64,000 nt of DNA, from assembly GCA_964346235.1 (NCBI GenBank), contig CAYFUP010000001.1, positions 5,136 through 69,135 on the forward strand, written 5' to 3'. This document shows, one piece after another, positions 1 to 9,855 of this stretch. This DNA is from an uncultured Bacteroidales bacterium (lineage in GTDB: Bacteria > Bacteroidota > Bacteroidia > Bacteroidales > CAYFUP01). The translations under genes and the position numbers were made by a program. The notes under the pieces were generated by a model. That model worked only from the letters and a program-made list of their open reading frames with translations. It did no database searches and was not told the DNA's origin. Positions within the stretch are counted from its first letter, which is position 1, and each line of letters starts with the position of its first letter.

Positions 1-466
1 TGTTCTAAAGAGCTGGGTGTTGTAAATAATAAGTTTAAATAGTTTTTTGCTAACTAGCTTGATTACAAATATATAGCATTACAAACTGATATGCTTGATA
101 AACAGCTTCAGGGTGTGGACAACAGCCTCTTTAAAAGGCACAATTTCAGGCATGGTCACACTGATTCTTATTAAAAGCTTGCTACATATTTTATTTGGTT
201 TTGGTATGTATATCTGTGAAATTTTTCCTTGTTTTACCTTGACCGAGGTTATTTGTTTTAACGTCTCTAAGGCTTCTTTAACGGTAATATCCTATGCGCT
301 GGATTTATAAAGTTGTTGGCGAGCTTTCAGGCAAATATCCTGAAATAGAAAATGCATGCGCAGTGTGTACATTCTTTGGTTTTGATCTTCCATTGATTAC
401 CAATAATGCTACTGCACAAGAAAACAAGATGTATCTTACAAACAATGTATTTTTTGAGTTTTTTTC

Positions 467-540
467 TTTTTTACTTTTTCCTTCTTCCTTTTTACTTTTT
501 CCTTCTACCTTTTTCCTTTTTCAATTCTTCCTTCTACCTT
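467..540. repeat. Pyrimidine-rich 21-bp tandem repeat (two good units plus one degenerate unit) immediately 3' of the histidine-kinase stop codon
   Basis: Read directly: tttttactttttccttcttcc / tttttactttttccttctacc / tttttcctttttcaattcttccttctacc. The period is 21 (landmark a at 473 and 494). Confidence 0.7.
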
Positions 541-3500
541 TTATCTTCCCAACACAGGAAGCCTGACATAGAAACTGGTCCCCTTCCCCACTTCCGATTC
601 AAACCAGATTTGTCCATCCAGGCTTTCGATAATGCTTTTCACAATGGCCAGTCCAAGTCCCATACCACTCGATTTCGTGGTAAAACTGGGCTGAAAAAGC
701 TTATCTCTGGCATCTTCATTGATGCCTTTGCCATTATCACTCACTTTCACTGTCACAGCAGCCTTCTCTGCAGTTCCTTCAGCATCATGAACCACAGCAT
801 CTTTTTCAATATTCCCATCATCATCATGACCTTCAGCACCCTTTTCAATATTTCTATCATCATGACCTGAAACAACATCATCATGACCTGCAGTTTCCTC
901 ATCACCTCCGGTAATAGCAGCACCCTTTTCAGCATCAGCAGTTCCACTTATGGCAACAGGAGCTTCACCGGAATCAGCAAAATGATTTTCTTCAGAACCA
1001 GTTTCATTGTTGGCGCCACCAACATGGCCGTCACCAACATCTCCCTGATCTGCCAGCACTTCAACTGTTATTTTGCCTTCCCTCGACTTCGGAATGGCCT
1101 GTATGCCGTTTTTTATCAAATTCGAGAAAACCCTGATCAATTGTTCTCTGTCAGCATACACCCTGATGTCCCCTTCTTGATCATACTTAAGCTCAAAGCT
1201 TACATGATCATACTCTGAAAACAATTGAACCGAGTAATTAATGATGGAAATGATATTGTTTTCCCGGTTTTTAGCCCGGGGCATTTTGGCAAAATTGGAA
1301 AACTCCGTGGCGATGTACGACATGTTATCGATTTGTTCAACCAACGAATTGGTAATTCTTTCGAAATTTTCCTCCCAATGGGCGCTTTTGGCTTTCCATG
1401 ATCGTTTAAGGTGCTGAACACTCAGTTTCATGGGTGTTAACGGATTTTTTATTTCATGGGCAATCTGTTTGGCCATTTCACGCCAGGCACTCTCCCGTTC
1501 CGACTTGGCTAATTTCTCTGCACTGACCGATAATTCGTTCACCATGCGGTTATAATCCTTTATCAAATCACCAATCTCATCATCACTTTCATAATGAATG
1601 GGTTTGTTTTGTTTCTTCAGGCTGATTTCCCGAATCCGGTCCTGTATCAAACGAAGCGGTTCCGTGAGTTTGTTGGAAATGAAAATCGCAATCAAAATCG
1701 ATAATGCAATCAGCACGGCATAAATGTTCAGCAGGGCGATGGCAATGGTATATATTTCATTGGTCAGGGCATTTTGCTTGGTGAAGTATGGTAAATTGAT
1801 GTATGCCAACACCTTGTTATCCATATTCATAAAAGGAACATAAGCTGATATATAGTCCAGCTTTCCGATGTTTTCTTCATGAATATACCTGGCCTTGTTT
1901 TTAATGATCAAATGATAAAAAGCTTCCTGGTTCATGCGCTCACCTATGAGTCCGCGACGATAAATTTCCGGTCTGGATGTAGCCAGCAATTCCCCCCGCT
2001 GGTTAAATAAATTGATATCGGTATAAAATATATTTGATAGTTCCCGCAGCAAATAGGTCAAATAGTTTTCCCACCGGTTATCAAAGCTTTGTTCAAAGCC
2101 AAGCTCATTTTCCAGCTCCACCAAGACGGATTGTATCTTCTCGTTAATCCGTTCATAATGATTCCGTTCCGATTGATGAATGCTGTAGATGATGGTGGCA
2201 GCTGCTGTAATCACCAAAGAAAGTAACATAATGCCGATCATGGAAAGCTTGATTTTGTTCTTGAAATTATTGCGAAAACCTTTAAAGATCCATGGAAACT
2301 CGGTAAAAAGGGAAAGAATGTTCAACAAAATAAACAAAAAGATAAATATATAGGTAAAGGAAGCAATGGCATCCCTCACCTTTAATCCCGGGTAGTTAAG
2401 TATAATAACATTCTCATCATCAACATTGTATATCAGAAAGCGATGATGATTTTCCCTGAACTCAGCAAATTCCTTATCAATGGCACACATTTCCATACAT
2501 TTGAGCTTGAAAGAATAATCACCATACCGGGTAATCAGATTTCCGTTATGATACTTGGCATAGGAATAATTTTCAAGATACCTGGGCTGGTTTAAATTAT
2601 CTGTCAGCAACAATTCGGGATATCCCAGCTGTTCAGAGATTAACTTGGAATCCAGTGAAATAAACAAACTGATATCCGGATTATCGGTCACTTCAAAGAC
2701 CAGCCTTCCAAGGTAACTGATGCGGCCATTTAAATTCTCCAGAAAATAGAAACTGGTATTGGGTACTTCTATGCCTTCTTCATCAATCATATCCTCAAAG
2801 AAGGAATAACAATGCACCATTTCATCCGTGTTCTCAAGCAGCAGGTTATGTGTGGAGTCACAAATGGTCACCTGCATATCGTATTTATTATAATAGCCGG
2901 TAAAATACTTTTCCTGCAGATAGGCTTCAAGTCGCGTATCACTTTCAATCGGCCCTTTTACAAACTGGTTTACGAATTTATCATTCTTGACTTTGGATTC
3001 TATTTCCTTGAACAATATCTCTGCAATTTGATCCCTTTCATTGGCAAGATTGACGGCCAGGACTCTGCTTTCCCTTCTCATTTTCTGCCTGGTGGTATTT
3101 TCAATAAAAGCCAGGGTATATAAGGCAAGAATTAAGATGATTAATGCAAAATGCGCATAGTGATAGGGTTTTCTGTTTTGCCGGCTATAAATAACGGCAA
3201 TGGTGAACAAACCATAAAAAATCACAGAATAAAGAGAAACCAGTTCGGTTACGAAAAACAAAACGATCATGGCCATAGCAGGCGGTAACAAAATATAATA
3301 CAGCAAGAAAGATTTGCTGGAAGAGCCGGAAAAGGAATAAATGATCTTATCGGTTATAAGCATAAATGACGCCAGCAGCAAGGCAATAACCAAAAAGCCT
3401 GTCAGCGATAAATAATTAATATTTAGTATTCTATAAAATTCAAAATTAATGGTGGAGTCATTGATTAAGCTTTTAAACAACTCGAGAAGAAATAAAAAAT

Positions 3501-4506
3501 ACCCCCCCATGCTTAGTCCGGCCAATACCGCTGCAAAAGGTTTGGCCATCCTTCTCAAGTTTCCGGGGAATAACCCTGCATGACGGTATATAAGCCATGC
3601 AAAGAAAAATATCAATAAGGCATTAATGAATAATGCCCCTAATGAGTTGAAGCATAATGAATGGGCGTAATGGCGGGAGTTAAATAAATCAATGCCATGA
3701 AATTCTTCAGGCATATTCATTTTAATCATCAGAAAACGCAATCCGGAGACTACCAAAATAATAAACAGCAAAATGAGATTCTTCCGAAGCGATGGTATTT
3801 TTTTCTTTAACCATTCATTGAAGAAAAGGAATAAACCAATCATTGAAAGCAAAAAAAAGATAAAAAACAGATTAAGATAAACGGATTTTTTATCCTCAGA
3901 TTCCGGAGGTTTCAGGGCAAAAAGATATTCACCATATTTAGAATGGATTTTAAGGCCATCTGCATGATTTGCCGTATCAATGGATACCTTGTCACTGATG
4001 TTAAAATCCTGATGGTAATGATTTGTTAAAAAAACATTTTCATAGGAGTATACTCGTTTGATTAATATTAGTCCAAGCAGGGTTGTTTCTCCCAAGGTTT
4101 TCTTCTTCACGACAAACCATCCGTTATCCAGCTGAATGACCGGCCGGTTTAATAACTGAGGGGAATAAGTTTCAGGTACAGTAATTGAATTATCTGTCCA
4201 GAACCTTAAGGTATCCTTTTCATATATAAAAAAAGTGATTCCTTTTTCAGTAAATAGCTGGTAATATTTTGATGCCGATTGATAGAGAATCTCCTGGAAG
4301 TTTTCTTTTTGACAATGACGGGCAAATGACTGAATGATTTGATGGGTATATTTTTCTTTCTCATGCAGGGTTTTATATATATTTTCCTTATCAACCCGGT
4401 ACCGGTTCGAATGATGGTATTGAAAATGAAAGAACGCATTTAAAAGGATAAACCCAATAAACACAATAAAAGCTTTGCTTGTCCGGTTCAAACCACCAAA
4501 ATTCAT
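541..4506 (-). CDS. Large multi-pass membrane sensor histidine kinase (NtrY-like HisKA + HATPase_c) with a low-complexity insertion in the ATPase domain
   Basis: 1321-aa ORF. The N-terminal ~900 aa contains many hydrophobic segments. H-box is AHEIKNPLTPM, N-box NLIKNGIQA, G1 DNGKGI, G2 GMGLGLAI. A 96-aa acidic/His-rich segment lies between the N-box and G1. Confidence 0.9.
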   Translation of the reverse strand: MNFGGLNRTSKAFIVFIGFILLNAFFHFQYHHSNRYRVDKENIYKTLHEKEKYTHQIIQSFARHCQKENFQEILYQSASKYYQLFTEKGITFFIYEKDTLRFWTDNSITVPETYSPQLLNRPVIQLDNGWFVVKKKTLGETTLLGLILIKRVYSYENVFLTNHYHQDFNISDKVSIDTANHADGLKIHSKYGEYLFALKPPESEDKKSVYLNLFFIFFLLSMIGLFLFFNEWLKKKIPSLRKNLILLFIILVVSGLRFLMIKMNMPEEFHGIDLFNSRHYAHSLCFNSLGALFINALLIFFFAWLIYRHAGLFPGNLRRMAKPFAAVLAGLSMGGYFLFLLELFKSLINDSTINFEFYRILNINYLSLTGFLVIALLLASFMLITDKIIYSFSGSSSKSFLLYYILLPPAMAMIVLFFVTELVSLYSVIFYGLFTIAVIYSRQNRKPYHYAHFALIILILALYTLAFIENTTRQKMRRESRVLAVNLANERDQIAEILFKEIESKVKNDKFVNQFVKGPIESDTRLEAYLQEKYFTGYYNKYDMQVTICDSTHNLLLENTDEMVHCYSFFEDMIDEEGIEVPNTSFYFLENLNGRISYLGRLVFEVTDNPDISLFISLDSKLISEQLGYPELLLTDNLNQPRYLENYSYAKYHNGNLITRYGDYSFKLKCMEMCAIDKEFAEFRENHHRFLIYNVDDENVIILNYPGLKVRDAIASFTYIFIFLFILLNILSLFTEFPWIFKGFRNNFKNKIKLSMIGIMLLSLVITAAATIIYSIHQSERNHYERINEKIQSVLVELENELGFEQSFDNRWENYLTYLLRELSNIFYTDINLFNQRGELLATSRPEIYRRGLIGERMNQEAFYHLIIKNKARYIHEENIGKLDYISAYVPFMNMDNKVLAYINLPYFTKQNALTNEIYTIAIALLNIYAVLIALSILIAIFISNKLTEPLRLIQDRIREISLKKQNKPIHYESDDEIGDLIKDYNRMVNELSVSAEKLAKSERESAWREMAKQIAHEIKNPLTPMKLSVQHLKRSWKAKSAHWEENFERITNSLVEQIDNMSYIATEFSNFAKMPRAKNRENNIISIINYSVQLFSEYDHVSFELKYDQEGDIRVYADREQLIRVFSNLIKNGIQAIPKSREGKITVEVLADQGDVGDGHVGGANNETGSEENHFADSGEAPVAISGTADAEKGAAITGGDEETAGHDDVVSGHDDRNIEKGAEGHDDDGNIEKDAVVHDAEGTAEKAAVTVKVSDNGKGINEDARDKLFQPSFTTKSSGMGLGLAIVKSIIESLDGQIWFESEVGKGTSFYVRLPVLGR

Positions 4507-4531
4507 CTGTGATAAATGTTATGTTAAACTC

Positions 4532-4645
4532 TTGTATTTCAATTATATAAATTAAATAAAGTCAACTATTTCGTTTCAAATGCCGATGGAGCCCTCATGT
4601 TTATCTCAACTCATTTTGTGAACGGGCGTTGATGAGGGGTTCATA
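4532..4645. repeat. Intergenic repeat family R2, copy A (structured, contains gagccctcatg ... gcgttgatgaggggttcat)
   Basis: Aligns with 7193..7335. Shared segments are ttgt(a)tttcaattatataa, gagccctcatg, ctcatttt and gcgttgatgaggggttcat, with an internal inverted repeat ccctcat/atgaggg. Confidence 0.75.
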
Positions 4646-4674
4646 ATGTAGTCTTTCTGCAATAACATTCCTTA

Positions 4675-5145
4675 TTATTCATGATGGTAGGATTCCCCCT
4701 TAATGATGGTAAGCGCCCTGTATAGCTGTTCAACAAACACCAGCCTGATGAGTTGGTGTGAAAAAGTCATTTTCGACATCGCTATGTTTTGGTACTTACT
4801 TTTCAGTTCATCCGTGAGCCCAAATGCACCTCCTGCCACAAATAACATCCGTTTTTTTCCATAATGGAAACATGTTTCCATATATTTTGCAAAATCAATC
4901 GAATCAAATTCCTTGCCTTTTTCATCCAAAAGAATCACAAAATCATCTTTTCTGATTCTTTTTTCGATGGCCTCCGAATCCTGTTTTTTATGATGATCAA
5001 TACCAGGCTTCCCTGCAATTTTTTTTTCCGGGATGACTTCCAGTTCGAAAGGCAAATAAAATTGAATTCGCTTTGCATAAAGGTCAATCCCTTCCTGTAA
5101 ATACTTTTGATTGGTTTTTCCTGTCATCAATAAAACAATCTTCAT
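4675..5145 (-). CDS. rlmH: 23S rRNA (pseudouridine1915-N3)-methyltransferase RlmH (SPOUT family)
   Basis: 156 aa. It has the typical RlmH length and the C-terminal signature ...MTFSHQLIRLVFVEQLYRA..I..G..YHHE. Confidence 0.9.
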   Translation of the reverse strand: MKIVLLMTGKTNQKYLQEGIDLYAKRIQFYLPFELEVIPEKKIAGKPGIDHHKKQDSEAIEKRIRKDDFVILLDEKGKEFDSIDFAKYMETCFHYGKKRMLFVAGGAFGLTDELKSKYQNIAMSKMTFSHQLIRLVFVEQLYRALTIIKGESYHHE

Positions 5146-5274
5146 ATACGCTATTTTTTATCTTTGCACGATATTTGTAAAATTAAGTTATTAAAATTAA
5201 TATTTTTGATTTCTATATCTCAAATTCGGACTGATAATTGTACGGAAAAAATATAAACCATAAAGAACAAGAGG

Positions 5275-5679
5275 ATGCGCCTTAGCAAGAATTATTTCAT
5301 GCTTTTATTTTGCTTATCGCTCAGCCAGTTTAACACCTCTCTGGCTCAAGACCTACCAAAAGATATTATGGTTGCTTTTAACGACGGAAATGCACGCATG
5401 CTTGCCGGCTTTTTTAACACCCGCATCGAACTGACCATTTTTGATGAAGAAAACATATACAGCAAAACCCAGGCGCATCAGATCCTTGAAAGCTTCTTTC
5501 ACCAGTTTCCTCCAAAAGATTTTTATTATATTTATCATGGCGGAAAAGACAAAAGCAAATATGCCATAGGTGAGTTTAATTGTACAAAAAATAAGTTTAG
5601 GGTAACCATTTATTTAAAAAACAGCAACAGAAAATTTTTAATTCATCAGTTACGCATCGAGCATGACAATAATCAATGA
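5275..5679 (+). CDS. Secreted DUF4783-like protein
   Basis: 134 aa with an N-terminal signal peptide. It overlaps the nadC start by 17 nt, and I recall the DUF4783-nadC pairing as common in Bacteroidota (from memory, not searched). Confidence 0.55.
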   Translation: MRLSKNYFMLLFCLSLSQFNTSLAQDLPKDIMVAFNDGNARMLAGFFNTRIELTIFDEENIYSKTQAHQILESFFHQFPPKDFYYIYHGGKDKSKYAIGEFNCTKNKFRVTIYLKNSNRKFLIHQLRIEHDNNQ

Positions 5680-6514
5680 GTCATATCTGAATACATTCAT
5701 AGATATTTCCCTGCAGGAAGACTCAGGAGACGGGGACCATACTTCATTGGCCTGTATTCCTGCAGAATCTCAGGGTATGGCAAATCTTATCATCAAGCAG
5801 GATGGTATTATGGCAGGCATGGAAACGGCTGAAAGAATATTTGAAAGAACGGATAAAAACCTGGAGATGATTCCATATCTGGAAGACGGGCGTCAGATAA
5901 AAGCAGGAAATATTGCTTTTTTGGTGAAAGGGAAAGCGCAATCCATTCTGAAGGCTGAACGGCTGGTGTTAAATGTCATGCAAAGAATGAGCGGGATTGC
6001 GACCGAAACCCATAATTACGTGAAAGCCATTGAGGGCTTAAATGCAGTGATACTAGATACCCGGAAAACAACTCCGGGAATGCGTTTGCTTGAGAAGGCA
6101 GCCGTAAAAGCAGGTGGTGGAGAAAATCACAGAATGGGGCTCTATGACATGATCATGATCAAAGATAACCATAAATATTATGCGGGTGGCATCGAAAATG
6201 CCATTAAGGCTGTTAAGAACTACTTAAGGGATAACAATAAGGCATTAAAAATTGAGGTAGAGGCCCACAGCCTTGAAGATGTAAAAGAAATAACGGACAC
6301 CGGCGGAATTGAACTCATTCTGCTTGATAATTTCAGCATTGCTGAAACCAGGGAAGCTGTCAAGATCATCGATGGCCGCTGTAAAACGGAATCTTCCGGG
6401 GGCATTACGATGGATACCATCAGAAAATATGCGGAATGCGGAGTGGATTACATATCGGTGGGTGCTTTGACGCATCAAATTAAAAGTCTGGACATGAGTT
6501 TAAAAGCCATTTAA
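5663..6514 (+). CDS. nadC: Nicotinate-nucleotide pyrophosphorylase (carboxylating), quinolinate phosphoribosyltransferase
   Basis: 283 aa. Motifs seen are ILDTRKTTPGMRLLEKAAV..GGG.NHR.GLYD..MIKDNH and a C-terminal ESSGGI...YISVGALTH. Confidence 0.92.
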   Translation: MTIINESYLNTFIDISLQEDSGDGDHTSLACIPAESQGMANLIIKQDGIMAGMETAERIFERTDKNLEMIPYLEDGRQIKAGNIAFLVKGKAQSILKAERLVLNVMQRMSGIATETHNYVKAIEGLNAVILDTRKTTPGMRLLEKAAVKAGGGENHRMGLYDMIMIKDNHKYYAGGIENAIKAVKNYLRDNNKALKIEVEAHSLEDVKEITDTGGIELILLDNFSIAETREAVKIIDGRCKTESSGGITMDTIRKYAECGVDYISVGALTHQIKSLDMSLKAI

Positions 6515-6518
6515 TAAT

Positions 6519-7157
6519 ATGACCAACATTTCAGCAATCAGAAAAGAATATAAACTTCACCAACTGGATGAAGTCCACATGGATAAAGATCCATTCAAGC
6601 AGTTTAAAAGGTGGCTGGAAGAAGCCTTGCATGCCAAGGTACAGGAACCCACGGCCATGAGTCTTTCAACCATTTCAGATGAGGGAAAACCTGCTTCGCG
6701 GACTGTTTTATTAAAAGATATCTATGATGATGGATTTGTGTTTTTTACCAACTATGAAAGCAAAAAGGCCAGGCATCTGGATAGCAATCCCAATGCATCC
6801 TTATTATTTTTCTGGCCCGAAATGGAACGCCAGGTAAGAATTGAAGGGAAGGTAAACCGCATTGCCAGCGAGGAATCTGATAAATATTTCCACAGCAGGC
6901 CTAAAGAAAGTAAGATTGGTACCTGGGCTTCCCCTCAGAGCCAGGAAATACCTGACAGGGAATATCTGAATAAACTGAAAGAAAAGTTTGAAAAAAGGTT
7001 TGGCTCCATTATGCCAAAGCGGCCTGACACCTGGGGAGGTTATATCCTAATCCCCGCCGTATTTGAATTCTGGCAAGGGCGTCCAAGCAGGCTGCATGAT
7101 CGCCTGGAGTATTATCTGAAAGAAGAAGAATGGAAAATCAGACGCCTCGCCCCCTGA
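6519..7157 (+). CDS. pdxH: Pyridoxamine 5'-phosphate oxidase
   Basis: 212 aa. Motifs seen are RTVLLK, FFTNYESKKA, QVRIEG, EFWQGRPSRLHDR and a C-terminal RLAP. Confidence 0.92.
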   Translation: MTNISAIRKEYKLHQLDEVHMDKDPFKQFKRWLEEALHAKVQEPTAMSLSTISDEGKPASRTVLLKDIYDDGFVFFTNYESKKARHLDSNPNASLLFFWPEMERQVRIEGKVNRIASEESDKYFHSRPKESKIGTWASPQSQEIPDREYLNKLKEKFEKRFGSIMPKRPDTWGGYILIPAVFEFWQGRPSRLHDRLEYYLKEEEWKIRRLAP

Positions 7158-7192
7158 GGTTTTTTTATACAAGATAAATATTGAATTAAACC

Positions 7193-7335
7193 ATTGTTTT
7201 TCAATTATATAATCAATTCTATAACTATCCCTTAGTTTTCAAACCGTATAGAGCCCTCATGGTTATTTGCCTCTGACGAGCTCGCAAGCTCGGTTCATCT
7301 CATTTTTTAAATGAGCGTTGATGAGGGGTTCATCA
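7193..7335. repeat. Intergenic repeat family R2, copy B (carries a ~30-bp insertion with a perfect 6-bp hairpin)
   Basis: Collinear with copy A at 4532..4645. The extra segment around 7267..7296 contains cgagct-cgca-agctcg (7277..7292). Confidence 0.75.
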
Positions 7336-7525
7336 TAACATTGCATAAACCGAAACTTCAGTCATAATTATTTCCTCAAGATTAAATTAGTTTTTTATTT
7401 TTGCTTTTCACTGAATTTAATACCAATAGGCGAGCAAGGTTAAGCAGTTAGCTGATATGGAATGGTTTAACGCTTCTTACTGCAGTTTAACAGAAAGGGA
7501 AATTGAACACTGAAGCAAATTCTTA

Positions 7526-8674
7526 ATGAACATAAAAGATAAATATGATGTCATAATAATTGGTAGTGGACCTTCCGGATCAATCTCCGCTTATTATCTT
7601 GCCAGAAATGGTATTAAATGTCTGCTTATTGAAAAGGCCATACTTCCCAGGTACAAACCCTGTGGAGGAGGTTTGAGCTATAAGGCCAAAAGTTATCTCC
7701 CCTATAATATCAAGAAAATAATAGAGCGGGAGTTCAATCAGATTCTCATATCAATGGATAAAGGCGAACCAAATGCCATAAAGAGAAGTTTTCCTGTCAT
7801 TTCAACCATTATGCGGGACAAACTGGATTATTTGATGGCTCATGAGGCAAGGATCGCGGGGGTGGATTTAAAAGATAACTGTGCCCTTGAAAAACTTGAA
7901 AAAAACAATTATTATCTGGTTCACACCTCAAGAGGCCTGTTCCAGTCAAAATTTATTATTGCCGCAGATGGCGTAAACAGTAAGGTAGCAAAACTGTTAA
8001 ATGTCAAAGAAAAAGTTCAGAAGGTAAGTGCCTTGCAGGGGGAAGTCACCCTGTATGCCGGTCAGCATGATCATTTGTTTGAAAACCTTAGATTCGATGT
8101 GGGTTTTGTTCCGAACGGATATAGCTGGACCTTTCCCAAGAAAAGCCATCTTTCCATTGGGGTCTTAAGCATGAAAAAAGACCATCTCAATTATAAGGAA
8201 ATATATGCTGATTATCTCCGGTACCTGGGGATTAAAAAAGTAAAAAATCAGTCCATTCATGGATATAGTATTCCCATGACCCCTAGGAGGAAAACCCTGT
8301 TTTTCGAAAACATCCTCTTTGTCGGAGATGCTGCAGGATTAGTTGATCCAGTCACTGCAGAAGGAATTTCCAATGCGATCATAAGTGGCAAAATAGCCAC
8401 AGAAGCCCTTATTGAAGGAAAGCTATTCTCGGAAGAAGTGAAAAACATATATTTATCCAGGATTAATCAAGAAATCATATACCAGCTCAAACATACCAAA
8501 ATCATCGCAAAACTTTTTTATACACAGGACTGGTTAAGGAAATCAATGTTTAACAGATACGGGGATCTGCTTGTTCAAACCATGACAGACATATCTAGCG
8601 GCTATAAAAATTATCCGAACCACATATCCACGTATTTAAAATACTATTTAAAAGCCAGATTGGTAAAACAATGA
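7526..8674 (+). CDS. FAD-dependent oxidoreductase, geranylgeranyl reductase family
   Basis: 382 aa. It has the N-terminal dinucleotide fold DVIIIGSGPSGS....LA..G, plus PCGGGL and a GDAAGLVDP motif. Confidence 0.8.
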   Translation: MNIKDKYDVIIIGSGPSGSISAYYLARNGIKCLLIEKAILPRYKPCGGGLSYKAKSYLPYNIKKIIEREFNQILISMDKGEPNAIKRSFPVISTIMRDKLDYLMAHEARIAGVDLKDNCALEKLEKNNYYLVHTSRGLFQSKFIIAADGVNSKVAKLLNVKEKVQKVSALQGEVTLYAGQHDHLFENLRFDVGFVPNGYSWTFPKKSHLSIGVLSMKKDHLNYKEIYADYLRYLGIKKVKNQSIHGYSIPMTPRRKTLFFENILFVGDAAGLVDPVTAEGISNAIISGKIATEALIEGKLFSEEVKNIYLSRINQEIIYQLKHTKIIAKLFYTQDWLRKSMFNRYGDLLVQTMTDISSGYKNYPNHISTYLKYYLKARLVKQ

Positions 8675-8680
8675 CAGCTT

Positions 8681-8962
8681 ATGGAAAACAATAAACAACA
8701 TATCAATATTTCTATTCATGGAATGGTGCAAGGAGTTGGTTTCAGGTTTTTTGCAAAAAACCAGGCAAGAATGCTCGGAATAAAAGGATTTGTCAAAAAT
8801 ATGAGAGACGGATCCGTTTATATTGAGGCCGAAGGAAATCCAACCCAAATAAATGAATTCATCAAAGCTTGCAAAAACGGTCCTTCTTCAGCAAGGGTTT
8901 CCAATGTAGAAACCACTGAAGACAAGGTAAAAAATTTTGTTCACTTTGATGTCAGTTTCTGA
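8681..8962 (+). CDS. acyP: Acylphosphatase
   Basis: 93 aa with V.G.VQGVGFRFF....A..LGIKGFVKN..DGSV.IEAEG. Confidence 0.85.
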   Translation: MENNKQHINISIHGMVQGVGFRFFAKNQARMLGIKGFVKNMRDGSVYIEAEGNPTQINEFIKACKNGPSSARVSNVETTEDKVKNFVHFDVSF

Positions 8963-9035
8963 TGAATTCTCAATATCGGTTCGATGATTTCAGTACGAAC
9001 GTGCCATTGGGAAGAGTGGGTGGTAAACCACTAAT

Positions 9036-9806
9036 CTAAATCTGTTCGATACTTGCGGCACGAACCCAACCTTTGTTTCCATCGCTGAGCTTTATTTCAC
9101 GCCATTCCCCCACCTCATCTTCCACGGTCACTTTCAGTCCCTCATGGATTACAAACAGATCGGTTCCGTTTTCATCCGGCGTACTTTTTGCTGTTAATGA
9201 AGGAGCAGTTACAATGGCCTGATCATGAGCCAATAATAGTTGCTTATGCTGATAGGAAAAGGTGTAAGTTAAGATGGCAAAAAGTAAGAATAATGCAGCC
9301 AGCCAAAAGCTTATTTTCTTTAAAGAGAATTTTTTGGAAAAAAAATAAACCAGAAAAAAAATCAGGGCGGCCAGAAAAATAAAAATGCTGATGAATGCCC
9401 AGGAAACAAGTTTTAATATCCTCACAATTTTATGATACCAGGATTTTAAAAAGAAATCAGGAATGGTTTCCAGTTTGTCCACAACCAGACTGCGGGCCAA
9501 TTCAAGGTTGTATTTTATATCCTCATCCCTCGGATCAAGCAATTTCGCACGTTCATAATGCAAAATGGCCTGGGATAAGGAGTGGGTTTTGTAATAGGCA
9601 TTGCCCAGGTTGAAATAAACATCAGCTGCTTCATAACCTTTGGCCAGGATTTGTTGATAGAGGTCAATGGCCGAATCATATTTCTCCGATTGATAGGCTT
9701 CATTGGCTTTCATGTACAAGGAGTCCTGTGCCTGAAGCGAAACCGGAAAAAAAGCAACCAGCATGTATATAACGAAGATTAGTATTTTTTGCATCTCAGC
9801 GTTCAT
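9036..9806 (-). CDS. batE: BatE-like TPR + C-terminal SH3b domain protein (aerotolerance operon)
   Basis: 256 aa with a signal peptide, TPR repeats, TM segments and a C-terminal ...WREIKLSDGNKGWVRAASIE (SH3b-like). It is the last gene of the Bat operon. Confidence 0.75.
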   Translation of the reverse strand: MNAEMQKILIFVIYMLVAFFPVSLQAQDSLYMKANEAYQSEKYDSAIDLYQQILAKGYEAADVYFNLGNAYYKTHSLSQAILHYERAKLLDPRDEDIKYNLELARSLVVDKLETIPDFFLKSWYHKIVRILKLVSWAFISIFIFLAALIFFLVYFFSKKFSLKKISFWLAALFLLFAILTYTFSYQHKQLLLAHDQAIVTAPSLTAKSTPDENGTDLFVIHEGLKVTVEDEVGEWREIKLSDGNKGWVRAASIEQI

Positions 9807-9855
9807 TTATATAAGATTCATTATTTCAACAGTTTCAAACTATTTCTATCATTTA

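Noticed and set aside
7271-7296. Hammerhead-ribozyme-like CUGACGAG followed by a hairpin in R2 copy B
   Set aside because: The hairpin uses the CGAG of the putative core. No GAAA or cleavage-site UH elements occur in the required arrangement, and copy A lacks the segment altogether.
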